Origin: a virus
Taxonomy: Duplodnaviria; Caudoviricetes
Reading direction: 5' to 3' (one strand)
Length of the DNA stretch: 64,000 bases
Virus record (IMG/VR): IMGVR_UViG_3300031555_001748
Coordinates: 1 to 64,000 of that record
The stretch's first letter is position 1. Each line of letters starts with the position of its first letter. The notes under the pieces are model-generated. The model saw only the letters and a program-made list of their open reading frames with translations. It had not been told where the DNA came from and did no database searches. A program made the translations under genes and the position numbers. Positions 9,957 to 22,345 of this stretch are shown one piece after another.

Positions 9957-11045
9957 GTGTTTAATGTGGCAATCGACAAGATTTTAAAAATCGAAGGTTC
10001 GAGCATCACATGGACTTGTAAGCAGATTGTAAAAATGATTGACAAGGAAACGATTAGTTTCAAGAATGTTGTGCAGCGTTCATTTGTGTGGGAGAAGCAC
10101 AGAATGAGTGAACTTATTTGGTCAATCATTATGGGCTATCCCATTCCCCCTATCTATGCAGAACGTGGAGAATCTGTTAATGATAAGATAAAGATTTACG
10201 ATGTCATGGATGGTCAACAGCGTAATACTTCTATTTATAAGTATATAAAAGATGAATTTGCTTTGACACAGCTAAAACCAATTCCTTATTTGGATGAAGA
10301 TGGTAATGAATGTACAATTGATATTTCTGGTAAGAAGTTTTCGGAGTTGGAAGAAGAATTACAGGACATCATTAAGGACGCAACTATTACGGTTAAATAT
10401 TATGACAACCTTGACCAGACTCAAAAGGCAGAAATGTTCCGTCGTTTAAATAATGGTAAGCCGCTGTCTACGAAGTCCAGAACGCTTGCCTCTGCCAAAA
10501 ATATTGGAAGCCTACTTAATATTGGCTCTCATAAACTGTTTGAAGAGATGCTTACTGAGAAGGCGAGAGCCAACAAAAATCAAGCTGTTCTTGTTGTTAA
10601 AGCATGGACGATGTTAAATCGTGAAGTGGAAGATATTTCTTTTGCAAGTAAAGACTTTAATCCTATGATTGAAGAGATTGAAATTTCCAACGAAGAGAAA
10701 CAAGAGCTTGTAGATGTGTTTGACTTTATTGTAGGCGTTCACGAAGAGCTTATTGATAACAAGGAAAAAGATATGGCTAAGAAGCTGTATACTGAAACCC
10801 ATTTGATATCTCTTGTTCCTTATATCAAGCAGTCTATGGACAAAGGGATTAACGAAGCAATGTTTGGAGAATTTATTACGAACTTCTTTAAGACGGAAAA
10901 TAATACAGAAGTTTATAATAAGTATATGGATGCTTGTTCTAATGGTATTGCAAGAAATGCAAGTGTTGTTGCTAGACACGAAGCACTTGGAGAATCTTAT
11001 AAAGAATTTTTTAAGACGGAAGAAAATTCTGAAAAAGTATCTTGA
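9957..11045 (+). CDS. DUF262 / ParB-like (GmrS-type) domain protein
   Basis: QRSFVW, SIIMGYPIPPIY, DVMDGQQR and FRRLNNGKPLS are hallmark DUF262 motifs. Confidence 0.88.
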   Translation: MFNVAIDKILKIEGSSITWTCKQIVKMIDKETISFKNVVQRSFVWEKHRMSELIWSIIMGYPIPPIYAERGESVNDKIKIYDVMDGQQRNTSIYKYIKDEFALTQLKPIPYLDEDGNECTIDISGKKFSELEEELQDIIKDATITVKYYDNLDQTQKAEMFRRLNNGKPLSTKSRTLASAKNIGSLLNIGSHKLFEEMLTEKARANKNQAVLVVKAWTMLNREVEDISFASKDFNPMIEEIEISNEEKQELVDVFDFIVGVHEELIDNKEKDMAKKLYTETHLISLVPYIKQSMDKGINEAMFGEFITNFFKTENNTEVYNKYMDACSNGIARNASVVARHEALGESYKEFFKTEENSEKVS

Positions 11046-11070
11046 CAACTATATTGATATAGTGTATAAT
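11042..11070 (+). promoter_or_regulatory. Consensus sigma-A promoter
   Basis: TTGACA-N17-TATAAT. Confidence 0.88.
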
Positions 11071-11459
11071 GACACTAGAAAGAAGCAGATGAATAGTTCA
11101 TACTGCTTCTTTGGTGTGGATAAGAAATAAGGTTATAAAATGTAGGTTTTAAGAGGTGTAAATATGACTAGAGAAAATTTTGATAAAGCTATTGAAATTA
11201 ATAGTGAAATTAATAACATCTATGCGTTGCAGAATACATTGGGAAATTCCAAGAACGGAAGATTTTTAGCTGCAATTGAAGCAAAAAAATTTGATGCAAC
11301 TAAAACTGTAATTGATGATTGCAAGGTTTTGAATTATGTTTATGTTCCTCAGTATGTGATGGAAAAATTTGAAAAGATTCTATGGGATGAATTAGAGCGT
11401 CTTAATAAAGAATTTAAAGAACTGTAAGTATAAAAGAGACATTTTAAGCGGAGGAAATT

Positions 11460-11726
11460 ATGGAAGAAAAAAGAATTGCAACAGATTGTAGAGATGTTCG
11501 TGGAACCTTGATTTACACAGGAGATTACATTTGTCTTGATGATGATGTTAAGAGGATATTTGATGTAGAAGATGGCATTGTTCATTTTGTTCGTGGGATG
11601 TTTGTAGTGGGCGATGGCGGTTATCGTCATTCATTTGATGCTCTTGCCAGTTGGGATTATGTTATGCGTGGAGAAGTCATTGGAAATATCTATGATAACC
11701 CAGAAATTTTAGAATATAAAAGATAA
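11460..11726 (+). CDS. YopX-family protein (short)
   Basis: DVRGTLIYTGD...EVIGNIYDNPEILE is the YopX signature. Confidence 0.8.
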   Translation: MEEKRIATDCRDVRGTLIYTGDYICLDDDVKRIFDVEDGIVHFVRGMFVVGDGGYRHSFDALASWDYVMRGEVIGNIYDNPEILEYKR

Positions 11727-12311
11727 ATTTTAAGTGGTGATTGTATGGATAAAGTTAATGCAGATGCAAAGGTACGAACTCTTTTGTATGGTTTTGAAAG
11801 AGAGAATGGTATTCGTCCCAATAGAATTATTATGGGATGTGATTTAGTGGATGAGCTGGCAAACCAATTCTATTATAACACTATTCCAATTAAAACCTTG
11901 GAAGAGATGGCAGAGATGCGAAAGCTTGGAGTAATATGTGAATATGAAGGAGTTCCAGTTAAAGTTGATTATGATAATCCCAATAACTTAGAGGTTGGAT
12001 ACATGGTCAAGTGGTTAGAAGCTAAGAAAGGTTGAACGGAAAATATGAAGAAGAAAATTATTCAATGGGCTATTGGTTTTGCATATTCCGTTATGGGTGC
12101 TGGTAGCATTTTCTTTGTGGTTGCGTTAGTTGTAAACTTTATGGCAATGATGGAATCTACTGGCGGAGAATTCGTTAAGTATTTTATTTCTTTTGTATTA
12201 TGGCTACTTGCTTTTATATTCTATCCATACATAGTGTTTCATGAAACTAAAGACGGTGTTCGAGATAAATTTAAGTAACAATTAAAAGACAGATTTTAAG
12301 AGGTAATAAAT

Positions 12312-12713
12312 ATGGAATTTAGTAAAGAAATTATTAATGTATTGGATTATTTATGCGGAAAGTTTGGCATTGTAATTGATTGGACTTCGGACAATGTAAT
12401 GCCGTATTTGGAAGATTTGTGTGGTCGATATATTAATTATGAGGTATATACAAGCATTGCTTGGTGCGTGGTTATTGCAGCAATTGTCGTTGTGGCAGGA
12501 TTGATTTGGGCAATCGGAAGTATTGCTAATAGATTCAGTCGCTCAAGGAATGATATCCCAGAGGTATTTAGTGTTATTTTCTTTGCGTTTCTTGCAATTG
12601 GTTTTATTGTATGGACAGTTCAGGCATTTGATATTATCGAATGTTATACAATTCCCGAAAAGACAATCTTGGAATATTTAAAGCAGTTGATGAATAGTGC
12701 ATCAAATAGATGA
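12312..12713 (+). CDS. Hypothetical membrane protein
   Basis: Two hydrophobic helices. Confidence 0.6.
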   Translation: MEFSKEIINVLDYLCGKFGIVIDWTSDNVMPYLEDLCGRYINYEVYTSIAWCVVIAAIVVVAGLIWAIGSIANRFSRSRNDIPEVFSVIFFAFLAIGFIVWTVQAFDIIECYTIPEKTILEYLKQLMNSASNR

Positions 12714-12720
12714 TGTTTTG

Positions 12721-12763
12721 TAAAAGTTGCACAAAAACAAGTAAAGATTTTGTGCAACTTTTA
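12721..12763. terminator. Perfect 16-bp inverted repeat (probable bidirectional terminator)
   Basis: TAAAAGTTGCACAAAA-N11-TTTTGTGCAACTTTTA, between a gene end and the promoter at 12788. Confidence 0.7.
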
Positions 12764-12787
12764 TTATCAGAATATTCAAATAGCTAC

Positions 12788-12816
12788 TTGACAAATGGAA
12801 ATTATTGTGATATAAT
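12788..12816 (+). promoter_or_regulatory. Consensus sigma-A promoter (duplicate of 4460)
   Basis: TTGACA-N17-TATAAT. Confidence 0.9.
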
Positions 12817-13126
12817 ATTCATAGGAAAACAAAGGAGGACACAATAATGACCTTAGTTGAACTGTTAGCAATGCCCAAGGGAATGAACCCCATAGAATAC
12901 GAAAAGCTCTTAAAAGACAAACAGAAGTTGGAGAATCAGATTAGGAAAGCAAGCAATACTATCTTTGACGAGGAAGAAAGTTTGGATATTCTTGCAGATG
13001 AAGTTGGTAGCGAACGATATAATAAGCACTTGGCAAATAAGCAAAAGGCGGAAGCCAAAAGAGAAAAGGCTCAAGAAAAACTAGAACAGATTGAAAAGAA
13101 GTTAAATACATAAAGGAGAATTAATT

Positions 13127-13771
13127 ATGAATGTTATTGGCATGGCTCTGGAAGAACTGTATAGAATTTTTAACATCCTGAATCGTGATAAGTTTGATGG
13201 AAGCCTGTCCGAACCTGTTATCACTATTCAGAAGACTAAGGGTAGAACGCTTGGGCATTTTACTCTGGATAGAACTTGGCGTGATAAGAACAACGAAGAG
13301 TCGGAAGAAACCTCCTACTATGAAATCAATGTTGACCCTAGATGGTTTAACAGTCGCACTCCTGCCGAAGTTGCGGAAACTCTTCTGCATGAAATGGTTC
13401 ATTACTACAATAAGGCAAATGACATTAAGGATTGTAGCGGTAACGTACATAATAAGAAGTTTAAGAATGCTGCGGAAAAAGTTGGTCTGATTGTTGAAAA
13501 GGGCAAGGGCGTTGGGTTTGGTTATACATCTATGTCTGAGGCTCTGAAAGCCTATATGGACGAAGTTGTCAAGCCTAATGAAGTAGCATTTGAATACTTT
13601 AGAACTGCTCCTATGAAGCTGTCTGGGGCTGGCGGAACAAGAAAGAAGAGCGTATTCAAGTACACTTGTCCTGATTGTGGAGCGGAAGTAAAGGGCAAGA
13701 GAGATATGGTTATTAAGTGCGGTCTTTGTGATGTAGTTATGAAGATGGAAGATGTTGAATCGGAAGGTTAA
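13127..13771 (+). CDS. SprT-like zinc metalloprotease with C-terminal Zn ribbon
   Basis: TLLHEMVH (HExxH), HNKKFK, and CPDC...CGLC. Confidence 0.85.
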   Translation: MNVIGMALEELYRIFNILNRDKFDGSLSEPVITIQKTKGRTLGHFTLDRTWRDKNNEESEETSYYEINVDPRWFNSRTPAEVAETLLHEMVHYYNKANDIKDCSGNVHNKKFKNAAEKVGLIVEKGKGVGFGYTSMSEALKAYMDEVVKPNEVAFEYFRTAPMKLSGAGGTRKKSVFKYTCPDCGAEVKGKRDMVIKCGLCDVVMKMEDVESEG

Positions 13772-16671
13772 GAGGTAATGTTATATGGAAAATGCTACAA
13801 TCGGAACAATTTATGCACTAAAGAATGGCGACAAATCGTTTGATGAAGTTGTTGCAGAATACTGGTCTAAGTATACTGGCACTTCAATTGAAGCTTATGA
13901 CGAAAGAACTTTGATGCGTATTTTACAAAATGTATTTCTGGATTATATCAGTACAGCAGATAATCCTAGATATGAAGTGTGGAGTTTGTTTGACAATATG
14001 TGGTTTGACTGTGACAGACTTTGTGAATCGAAAGACAGTTTTGATAAGAGAATTAGAAATGCTATCTATACAACTCTTATTCTCACAGATGTAAGAGATG
14101 GGAATGGATTTGTAAACGGGTTCAGAGAGATTTAAGAGGTAATAATGTATGGTAGAAAGATATTACAATGAGAATGATGAACTTGGTGTGCTGATTAGCT
14201 ATGATTATGGTGCTGGTTGGAGTACATGGAACGATAAAGAATTGGCATATGACAAGAGAATCGTAGAGAAGTGGCTTGAGGGAGTGTCTTCTTCTGAAAT
14301 GTGCAACTTTGTTGAAAGTCTAGGATATAAGCGTCCTTATATGGGTGGTTATAAAAATTTACATTTAGAGTTTGTTCCTCGTGGCACATTGTTCATAATT
14401 GATGAATATGACGGATATGAGTCTATTGAAACAATTGAAGATATGGATATGATTGTAGCATAATGGAGGCAATATTATATGAGAAGTTTTGAAGTATCGC
14501 AGCTTATTTCTGATTATGAAAGAGTACAGGAGAGCAGAAAGTGGATGAAAGAAATTCCTGCACTTCACTTTGAAAAAGAATGGGATGTCAGAATTATTCC
14601 TCCGTTTGGCGGAGCGGTAATTCGATTCTGGATTTGGCATAATGGTAAGAAGGTTTCTGTTTACTTCGACGCATATTCCGAATTGGGATATATGTATGAT
14701 GAAGATGATAATCCGATTCCTTACTTTGAATGTTACGATGGCGAAGATTGTCGCAGATACTACATGGATGAATCCGAGCAGATGATGGAAGATATTAAGA
14801 ACTTCCTCAATAGTTAAGGTTATAAAAGTAAAGTTTTAAGTGGTGGAATATATGAGTAAAAAGAAAGCAGTTATTTGTACGATTATTTTTGCAATTATGG
14901 TTGTTGGCATTGGCATTGCATTTATGTTTGTAAAACCGTATGAAAGCGAAATGAGTTTGTTCCACGCTTTTTGTCCTTTCATTGTAGGACAATGGCTTAG
15001 TGAACGAATTGGCAAGTTTTATGATTGGCTAAGGAAGAACGATTAAAAGCAGAGTTTTAAGAGGTGGTACAAATGGTATATTTTGTAGAGTCGCTTCCGA
15101 CAAGTTGTTTCTTTTGTGATTGCTGTCATACAAGAGAGTATGATAGTAGATACAAGATTGACGGAGAAAAGTTTTGTGGAATTGAAAACATGGAAGTGGG
15201 CGACTACTATGACCACAACAAGCATGACAGCTCTGGAAGACCGAAGTGGTGTCCTCTGAGAGAGATTATAGATGAAGCGCACTATCCGTCTTATAATAAA
15301 GGTTGGAATGATTGTTTGAATAAAATGATTAGTTTGTTAAGAACAGAGTTTTAAAAGGGTGAAAGATATGAAACCAGAAAATCATATAGCACATGAATCT
15401 GATGGATGTTATTGGACTGAAGTTGAAACAGCATTGGCAAACAATAGATATATTGGTGTAAAGATATCCAAAAGAGACATCGGACATTTGTTACAAGGAG
15501 AACATATCACATTATTGTTTTTGAACGATGATTATGAAGATAAAGGTATGATAGATATTAAACTATCAGATGACGAAACTGTGTTTGAAGTATCAGAAGA
15601 ACTTAATCAGATGATGATAAATACATAAAAGAAGATTTTTAAGGAGAATTTATATGGCAAAAATTCATAAGGTAGAATTGTATTTGCTAGATGTCAATGA
15701 AGATTTTGATAGTTTGGATGATGCTCTAGTATACATGACTAATAGAAAATATGCCCCAGATGTACATGTGATTAACTCTGAAAGCAAGGAATTTGAATGG
15801 GATGACGATGTAATTATCAATATGGTTAATTGCTCTACTGAGCAGTATAATAATTTCTTTGAAGAAATTTAAGTTTTGAATTTAAGGAGTATGATTATGA
15901 CAGTTGAACAGATTGCAATTAGACAAGAAGTTAGACAGATGCTTAATGAAGCTGGCATTAATAAAAATACTTTGAAGGACATGGTTAAAGATGTTCTAAA
16001 TGAAGAGCTTGAAAGAGCGGTTAAGCAAGCACTTAACGAAACAAATATAAGTGATAAAGTTAGCCGTTGCTTTCACGATACTTTTAAGACCGTAATGAAA
16101 GAGGAAGTTCGTAGCAGAATTGTAAGTCCGTTTAATAGGATGCAGATTTCTGTAGATATTACAGACGAACACGGAACAAGTTCGTTGGGCTAATAAAATT
16201 CTTGATTTAAGTGGTGAATGTATATGATGGGCAGATTTAACTACGGTACAATTGTTGACCGCAAGGCAGGAGAAAATATTAAGAATAATGACATCTATAT
16301 CTTAGACCCAGAAACAAGAGAGATTCGTAAGGCAAGGAATTGCGATGAATGGTTGACTTGCCAATTGGTTTATGTAAACAATATGCGTCTTGACAATGTT
16401 ATTGATTTCGATATTAACAAAGGAGAGATGTGTCGTTGTTGGATTGGATATTTGTTGATTTAAGAGGTAAATGCATATGAGATGGTTGATTAATTATTTT
16501 CGCTCTTGCTTCTGTAAACATGATTGGGAATTATTAAACAAAGCCAACATGTTTGGTGAAAGTACAACAATGCCAATTGGAATGAAGTGGACTTATAGAT
16601 GTAAAAAATGTGGATGGCATAAGATTATAAAGAATTATTGAATAATAAAATTCTCATTTTAAAAGAGGTAA

Positions 16672-17112
16672 ATGTATATGAATTGTTCTATTGAAATGCA
16701 TCAGATTAAAGACATGGATGTAAAAATTAAAGTCCCTTGTGAGCATTGCTATAACAAAGGTATTGTAGATAAGAGATGCAATAGATGTGGTGGCAATGGC
16801 ACACACAATAAGACTATCAAGGTATGGAAGGTAATGCCTAGAACTGTAAAGGTTGATAAGATTGATAGAAGTTCCGAGAATAGTTTTTATTGTGGTGTTC
16901 AGACTGCTTATGTTGGTGGATTAAGATATTGGACTGGTGCTTCGGAATATTTTAATGAAGAAAGTAAGTTGTTGCATTTTAGCAGTAAAGATGCACAAGC
17001 AGAATGCGATAGAAGAAATGCTGAGGTTGCAGATATTTTATTTATCAATAATTATAATGCAGTTATTAAAAAGAAAGAAGACGAAGAAGCAGATTGGCTT
17101 AACAATCTTTGA
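16672..17112 (+). CDS. Hypothetical protein with DnaJ-type CxxCxGxG zinc motifs
   Basis: CEHCYNKG and CNRCGGNG. Confidence 0.55.
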   Translation: MYMNCSIEMHQIKDMDVKIKVPCEHCYNKGIVDKRCNRCGGNGTHNKTIKVWKVMPRTVKVDKIDRSSENSFYCGVQTAYVGGLRYWTGASEYFNEESKLLHFSSKDAQAECDRRNAEVADILFINNYNAVIKKKEDEEADWLNNL

Positions 17113-17149
17113 TAACAGTTAAAATAGGATTTTTAAGAGGTAATTATAT

Positions 17150-17734
17150 ATGAAGAAAATTTTATCATTATTAATTGTAATTATGATAATTGTCAATCTG
17201 TCGGCTTGTGGAAATGTAGCGAATACAGAAATCAACACTAAGACAGGTCGTGTTTATAAATGTGATTATAAGTCGTTAAACATAAACACGAAGATTACAA
17301 CAATTCTTGACGGAGAAGAAATCAGTATATCTGGCAACATATTTAGATTGCTAACAGACCCTTTAACTGTAAAAGATTCAAATGGGAACATTTTAGGTTA
17401 TGCTGGCGATGTTTACGGCTTCATTTCACAGGATGACCATGGCATTTATATTGGAGAAGAGTTTGATGTTAATATGTGTGGCAATATCGACCTATTTGGT
17501 GAGAGCTACGAATTAAAAAACTCAGATGGTGAAACTGTTGCTACTGTTGAATTTAATATGTCAAATACAGGTGGAAGCATTAGAGATACAAAGGGAAATT
17601 TGATTGCCGCATATTCGTCTTCTTATTTTATGAACGATTACACTGTAACGATTTATGATAATGACATTTGTTCTGATATGTCAATCCTTATGATTGTAGC
17701 GTCATATGTATCAGATTATATGGCAGACAGATAA
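17150..17734 (+). CDS. Lipoprotein, LURP-one/Tubby-like fold candidate
   Basis: Lipobox LSAC after a signal peptide, plus repeated beta-hairpin units (TVKDSNGNILG, ELKNSDGETVA, IRDTKGNLIA). Confidence 0.65.
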   Translation: MKKILSLLIVIMIIVNLSACGNVANTEINTKTGRVYKCDYKSLNINTKITTILDGEEISISGNIFRLLTDPLTVKDSNGNILGYAGDVYGFISQDDHGIYIGEEFDVNMCGNIDLFGESYELKNSDGETVATVEFNMSNTGGSIRDTKGNLIAAYSSSYFMNDYTVTIYDNDICSDMSILMIVASYVSDYMADR

Positions 17735-18442
17735 AACAATATTTTTAAGAGGAAAAATATAAATGAGTTTAATAGGCTTAATTGGATTTATAATGACAAT
17801 AACAGGAGATATATCGCCAGAACTTTTTACGGATGATGTGATGACTCAGTGGGCATTGTTTTCCATTGCAGATGCGCTGTGGATTAGGCTATTAAAGAAA
17901 TAAAATAAGGTTTTTAAAGCTTAAGGGAGAAAAATTATGGTTAGAGGGATTTTGTTTACAGACAAAAGATTTGATACTAATAATCAAAATAATCAGCTAG
18001 ACTTTCTTTCAGAAAACACTATCATCTTGTGCAACAACTATGATTTAATGGATACTCTTGCGGAAGAAATTATTAATACTATTAATGGCAATGCAGAATA
18101 TAACGATTATTGTTGTGACGAAGAGGATGTAGGCAAAGCAAAATATGAAATGTACTTTGGTCTACAGAGAGTAATCGATATTAACGGACAGAAGATTATC
18201 TTGTGTCTTGAGCCAGCAATGATTTACAGAGCGAAGAAGATTGAGGAGATTTGGTTTTGCGACTGGATTGGTAAAGGCAAGTCTTATAAGGAGTCTATTT
18301 ATCCTATGACCGTGTTTGTTGGCAGCGATGAAGTGTGGAATGATGGACTAGATAAAGTGTATAAGATGATTGTTAATGGAAGATATGGATGTTATGACGG
18401 TAAATGGACTAAATTAGGAGAAGATTAAAAGAAAGGTTTTAA

Positions 18443-18799
18443 GTGGTTGGTATGAAGCTATGGATTGACGATGTTAGACCTGCACCAGAGGGTTATGTAT
18501 GGTGCAAAAGTGTTAATGAAGCCAAAGAAGCAATTACCAGTGCTCAATCTAAATTTGTTAGGCTCTGGAAACAGGGTATTAATGACGAGTCTTTGCATAT
18601 AGACTTGATTGATATCGACCATGATGCAGGTGACTATGTGAGCGATGGCGGAGACTACATCAAATTACTTGATTGGTTGGAATGGTTATACGATGGCAAA
18701 GGTACTTATACCAAGTTCCGTATCCATAGTATGAATCCTGTTGGTGTAGAAAATATGCGTAGGATTATTCAGAAGAATGGTTGGACTGAGGTAAGATAA
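18443..18799 (+). CDS. Cyclic-phosphate-processing receiver domain protein
   Basis: KLWIDDVRPAP, IDHDAG and IHSMNPVGVENM match my recollection of this family. Confidence 0.75.
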   Translation: MVGMKLWIDDVRPAPEGYVWCKSVNEAKEAITSAQSKFVRLWKQGINDESLHIDLIDIDHDAGDYVSDGGDYIKLLDWLEWLYDGKGTYTKFRIHSMNPVGVENMRRIIQKNGWTEVR

Positions 18800-21700
18800 A
18801 TGGAAGAATTGGAAGCTTTGATTGATGAATTGGGCAATATGTACGACGAGCTTGTTGCCAGAACATTGTCTCATAATGTTATTATCGAAGATTATCACAA
18901 GTTTAGCTATAGCGAATTGTGCAATAAGATGATTGATACAATTAACGAAATTAGAAAGGGATAAACTATGAAGAAAGTTAGCGGCTATATCGATGTAAGG
19001 GCATTGGGATGCTATGACTTTGAGTTCTATGTAGATGATAATACTACGGAAGAAGAAATCAAAAAGAAGGTAGATGAAGTGTGTGACTACAGCATTAGCT
19101 ATGATGTGGAAGCTGGTTATGAAGAGTACACGGAAGTTCGCTATCGCAAGAAGCAGAACGATTGGTGGAACTATGAATAAAGGAATGACTAGGTGATTGA
19201 TATGAAGCCTATATTTAAATGTGATTACTGTTCTAAGATGGGAACAGAAGAAGAAATTAGAGAGCACGAACCTATCTGTACAGACAATTATGACAGAAAA
19301 AGTTGTTATACATGTGTACATAAAAAAACTAGATGTAAAGACAATATATCTGAAAAGAAAGTAACATGGATATACGAATGTAAAGCTGGCAATGAAATTC
19401 CAGAAGGAAAAATTTTTGAATTTTGTCCGCAGTATGAAAGAAGAGAAAAGCCTTATACTTTGGGCGAAGCCATATTCGATAATTTGTTCGATTTTGGATT
19501 ATAAAAGAAGGATTTTAAGTTATGGAAATTATCTATGATTACAAAGCAGGAGAATACCATATTATCCTAAAGGAAGAAACTGAATTTTGTTTTAATACTG
19601 ACAACATTTTTCAAACAAGAGAATGGTTTATTGAACAGATGACCAGAATGTTCGATGATACAGTTGGAGTTAAATTTAAGAAAGAAATTTAATCGAGGTA
19701 TATATGGAAGAGCGCAAGCGTGTATGCTGCAATTGTGGAAACAATATTCGTATTAGAGATGACAAAGACAATTTTGTTCGTTGTGAATGTGCTATTGACG
19801 GACATTATATTGGCTATATCGAATGCTTTGAACACTGGTGTAGACGATGGAAGAAAGATAGAAAATGGGATTAAAATCAAGCTTTTATGAGGTAAAGTTA
19901 TATGAAAGACATTTTAGATATTTTGGCAGAACCGATATATAAAACTGTAGCAAATGACTTGTCTGTTAATGGCGAGAATGATTTTGTTAGGGATGCGTAT
20001 GCGTATGATATGACCACATTGGAAATCCTTAATTGGTATCGAAACCTTTATTATAAAGAAGGGATTGAAACAGAAAGAGGACTAATGGCTATGACTATCA
20101 ATGATTTATTTACAAAATATAAAATTGAACCTCGATGAATTGTTTACAATTTATTCATAATGTGTTCATAATTGGATTTTATAATAATAGTAGAAAATAA
20201 AACTAAGTCTTGCGAGGTAATATCATGATTGGAGAATCTTTCTGTGTATCAAAAGAACTGTTCCGCTGCGTTTATATTACGAAAGATAATGTGGAAGAAT
20301 TCGTAGACAAATATGGCATAAGAGATGAATACGAAATATTTTATTCTGAATATTACGCCCATGTTGAATACAAGAAAGCAAAAATGAGATGGAATATTAG
20401 ATTAAATGCTTTTATGGTTGATTATGGTTGGGATGGCGGATGGACAAGTTACACAAAAAAAGAATTTAATGAGTATTTTGAAATAAAAAATTAAAATCGA
20501 GATTTTATGAGGTAAAAATATGGAAGTATTAATTATTATATTGGCACAGGTTTTTGCAATTTGCGTACACGCATATTTGCTTTGGTGCGAAAAGAAATAT
20601 TGTGGTCATTGTGACTGGTGGTGGGATACTGGCGCAATTATAAATCTTGTAATTAGTTTTGTCCCAATCTTGGGTTTGTTCGTTTCGATTGCAGGATGTG
20701 CTGATTATATGAGAAATGTTACGGAGGAATTAACCAAAGGTAGCAAATAAAAAGAATATTTTAAGAGGTAAAGTTATAAGAAAGCGAGTAATGTAAAATG
20801 AAAGAAATATCTTTTAATGATTTTAGAGAAATGCTTTTATATAAAAGCGTTGTCGAATGGAACAAAAAAGAAAACTATATAGTGCTTGACAATGGAATGA
20901 GAATCACTATTAAAATGACAGAAAGTGATTGTTGTGCTTATGCAAGTGGCGAATTTGAAGATGTAAAGTTGGAAGCTGTGATTACAGATGTTACCGAACC
21001 AAAGTATTCACCTTGGGAGGATTACGATACATATGGATGTTCCGCTGTTGTAAAAATGTTACACAATCAAAACTTAATTTGTAAGGTAAATGCAGATGCA
21101 GATGCAGGTAATGGTGGATATTATTTCTCTATTGCAAGTTTTATTGTAACATATAATGATTCTGAATTTTCTGTATACCTTGTTGGCAGCGATGATGAAG
21201 CAAACTAACACTTAAAAAGTTTATTTTAAAGCAAACCTCCACAAAACCATATCTATTGTGGAGGTTCAGTAAAACAAATTAATATGGAGGAAACAGTTAT
21301 GATGCTTGAAGCTGTATGGCTTAAGAACGGCAAGGAAGTTTACAAGGTTAGTCCAGTAGAAAATGTTGTGTGCTATAAAGATATGGAAATTTCAGATATT
21401 GAAGTTGAAAGCACATACAGATGGCACGAATATAGCGATGTTGTTGGCGGAGCTGATGACTTTGTAATTAGAATTAAGAGGGATTGACAAATGACTGTAT
21501 TTGATAGTGCTAAATCTAAGAATATTGATGAGCTTGTTGAATGGTTAGACAAGAATGGAGCATATGATTATACGCCTTGGGACAAATGGTTCGACAGAAC
21601 TTATTGTAAGAAATGTGAAGCGGTAAAAGATTATGTGGATTACCTGCATGGAGAACATGAATTCTGTTGGTGTGAACTACATAACAAATGCAGATTCTTT

Positions 21701-22345
21701 CAGGATATGGATAGAACTCCTAATAGAAAGCAAGTGATTAAACTTTGGTTGGAAAGCGAGGCAGAATAATATGAATCAGTTTATTTCAGATATTAAGCAT
21801 CATGTCCAGAGTTGGTTTGAATGGAAAGACATTTTGTCTTGGGCAAAAATTGTCCATCCTAGTTGGTATGAACTTGCAACACAGAGAAAGAGACCTGAAA
21901 TTAGAGAGACATATCGCAAGAAGATTCTAAGAGAATATTATGAAAGATAAAAGGGGAGCAAATTATGGATATGTATACCGCCACAGAACAGGCTTATAAG
22001 AATGGTTATGCAAAGGGATATGAGTGTGGTAGAGCCGAATATGAAAAGCTTGAAAAGAAAGTAAAGGCTCTTGAAAAGAGTAATCGAAATTGGAGAAGAA
22101 AGGTTCAGAAGCTTAGAAATAATTCTAAGAAAAATAATGATTTACAGAATTGAAATTCGACAATATCTTTCTTTGGTTGAAGTATGCGAAGCAGACGACA
22201 TTCAGGAAATATTAGCATGGTACAGATGGAATTGGTATTCTGCATATGAAAATGGGTTATGCGTATTCCATGTATATAGATATGGGATAGAACTAACATT
22301 TGATGAATTGCATGAGTTCGGATTCTATACATAAGGAGGGCAACA

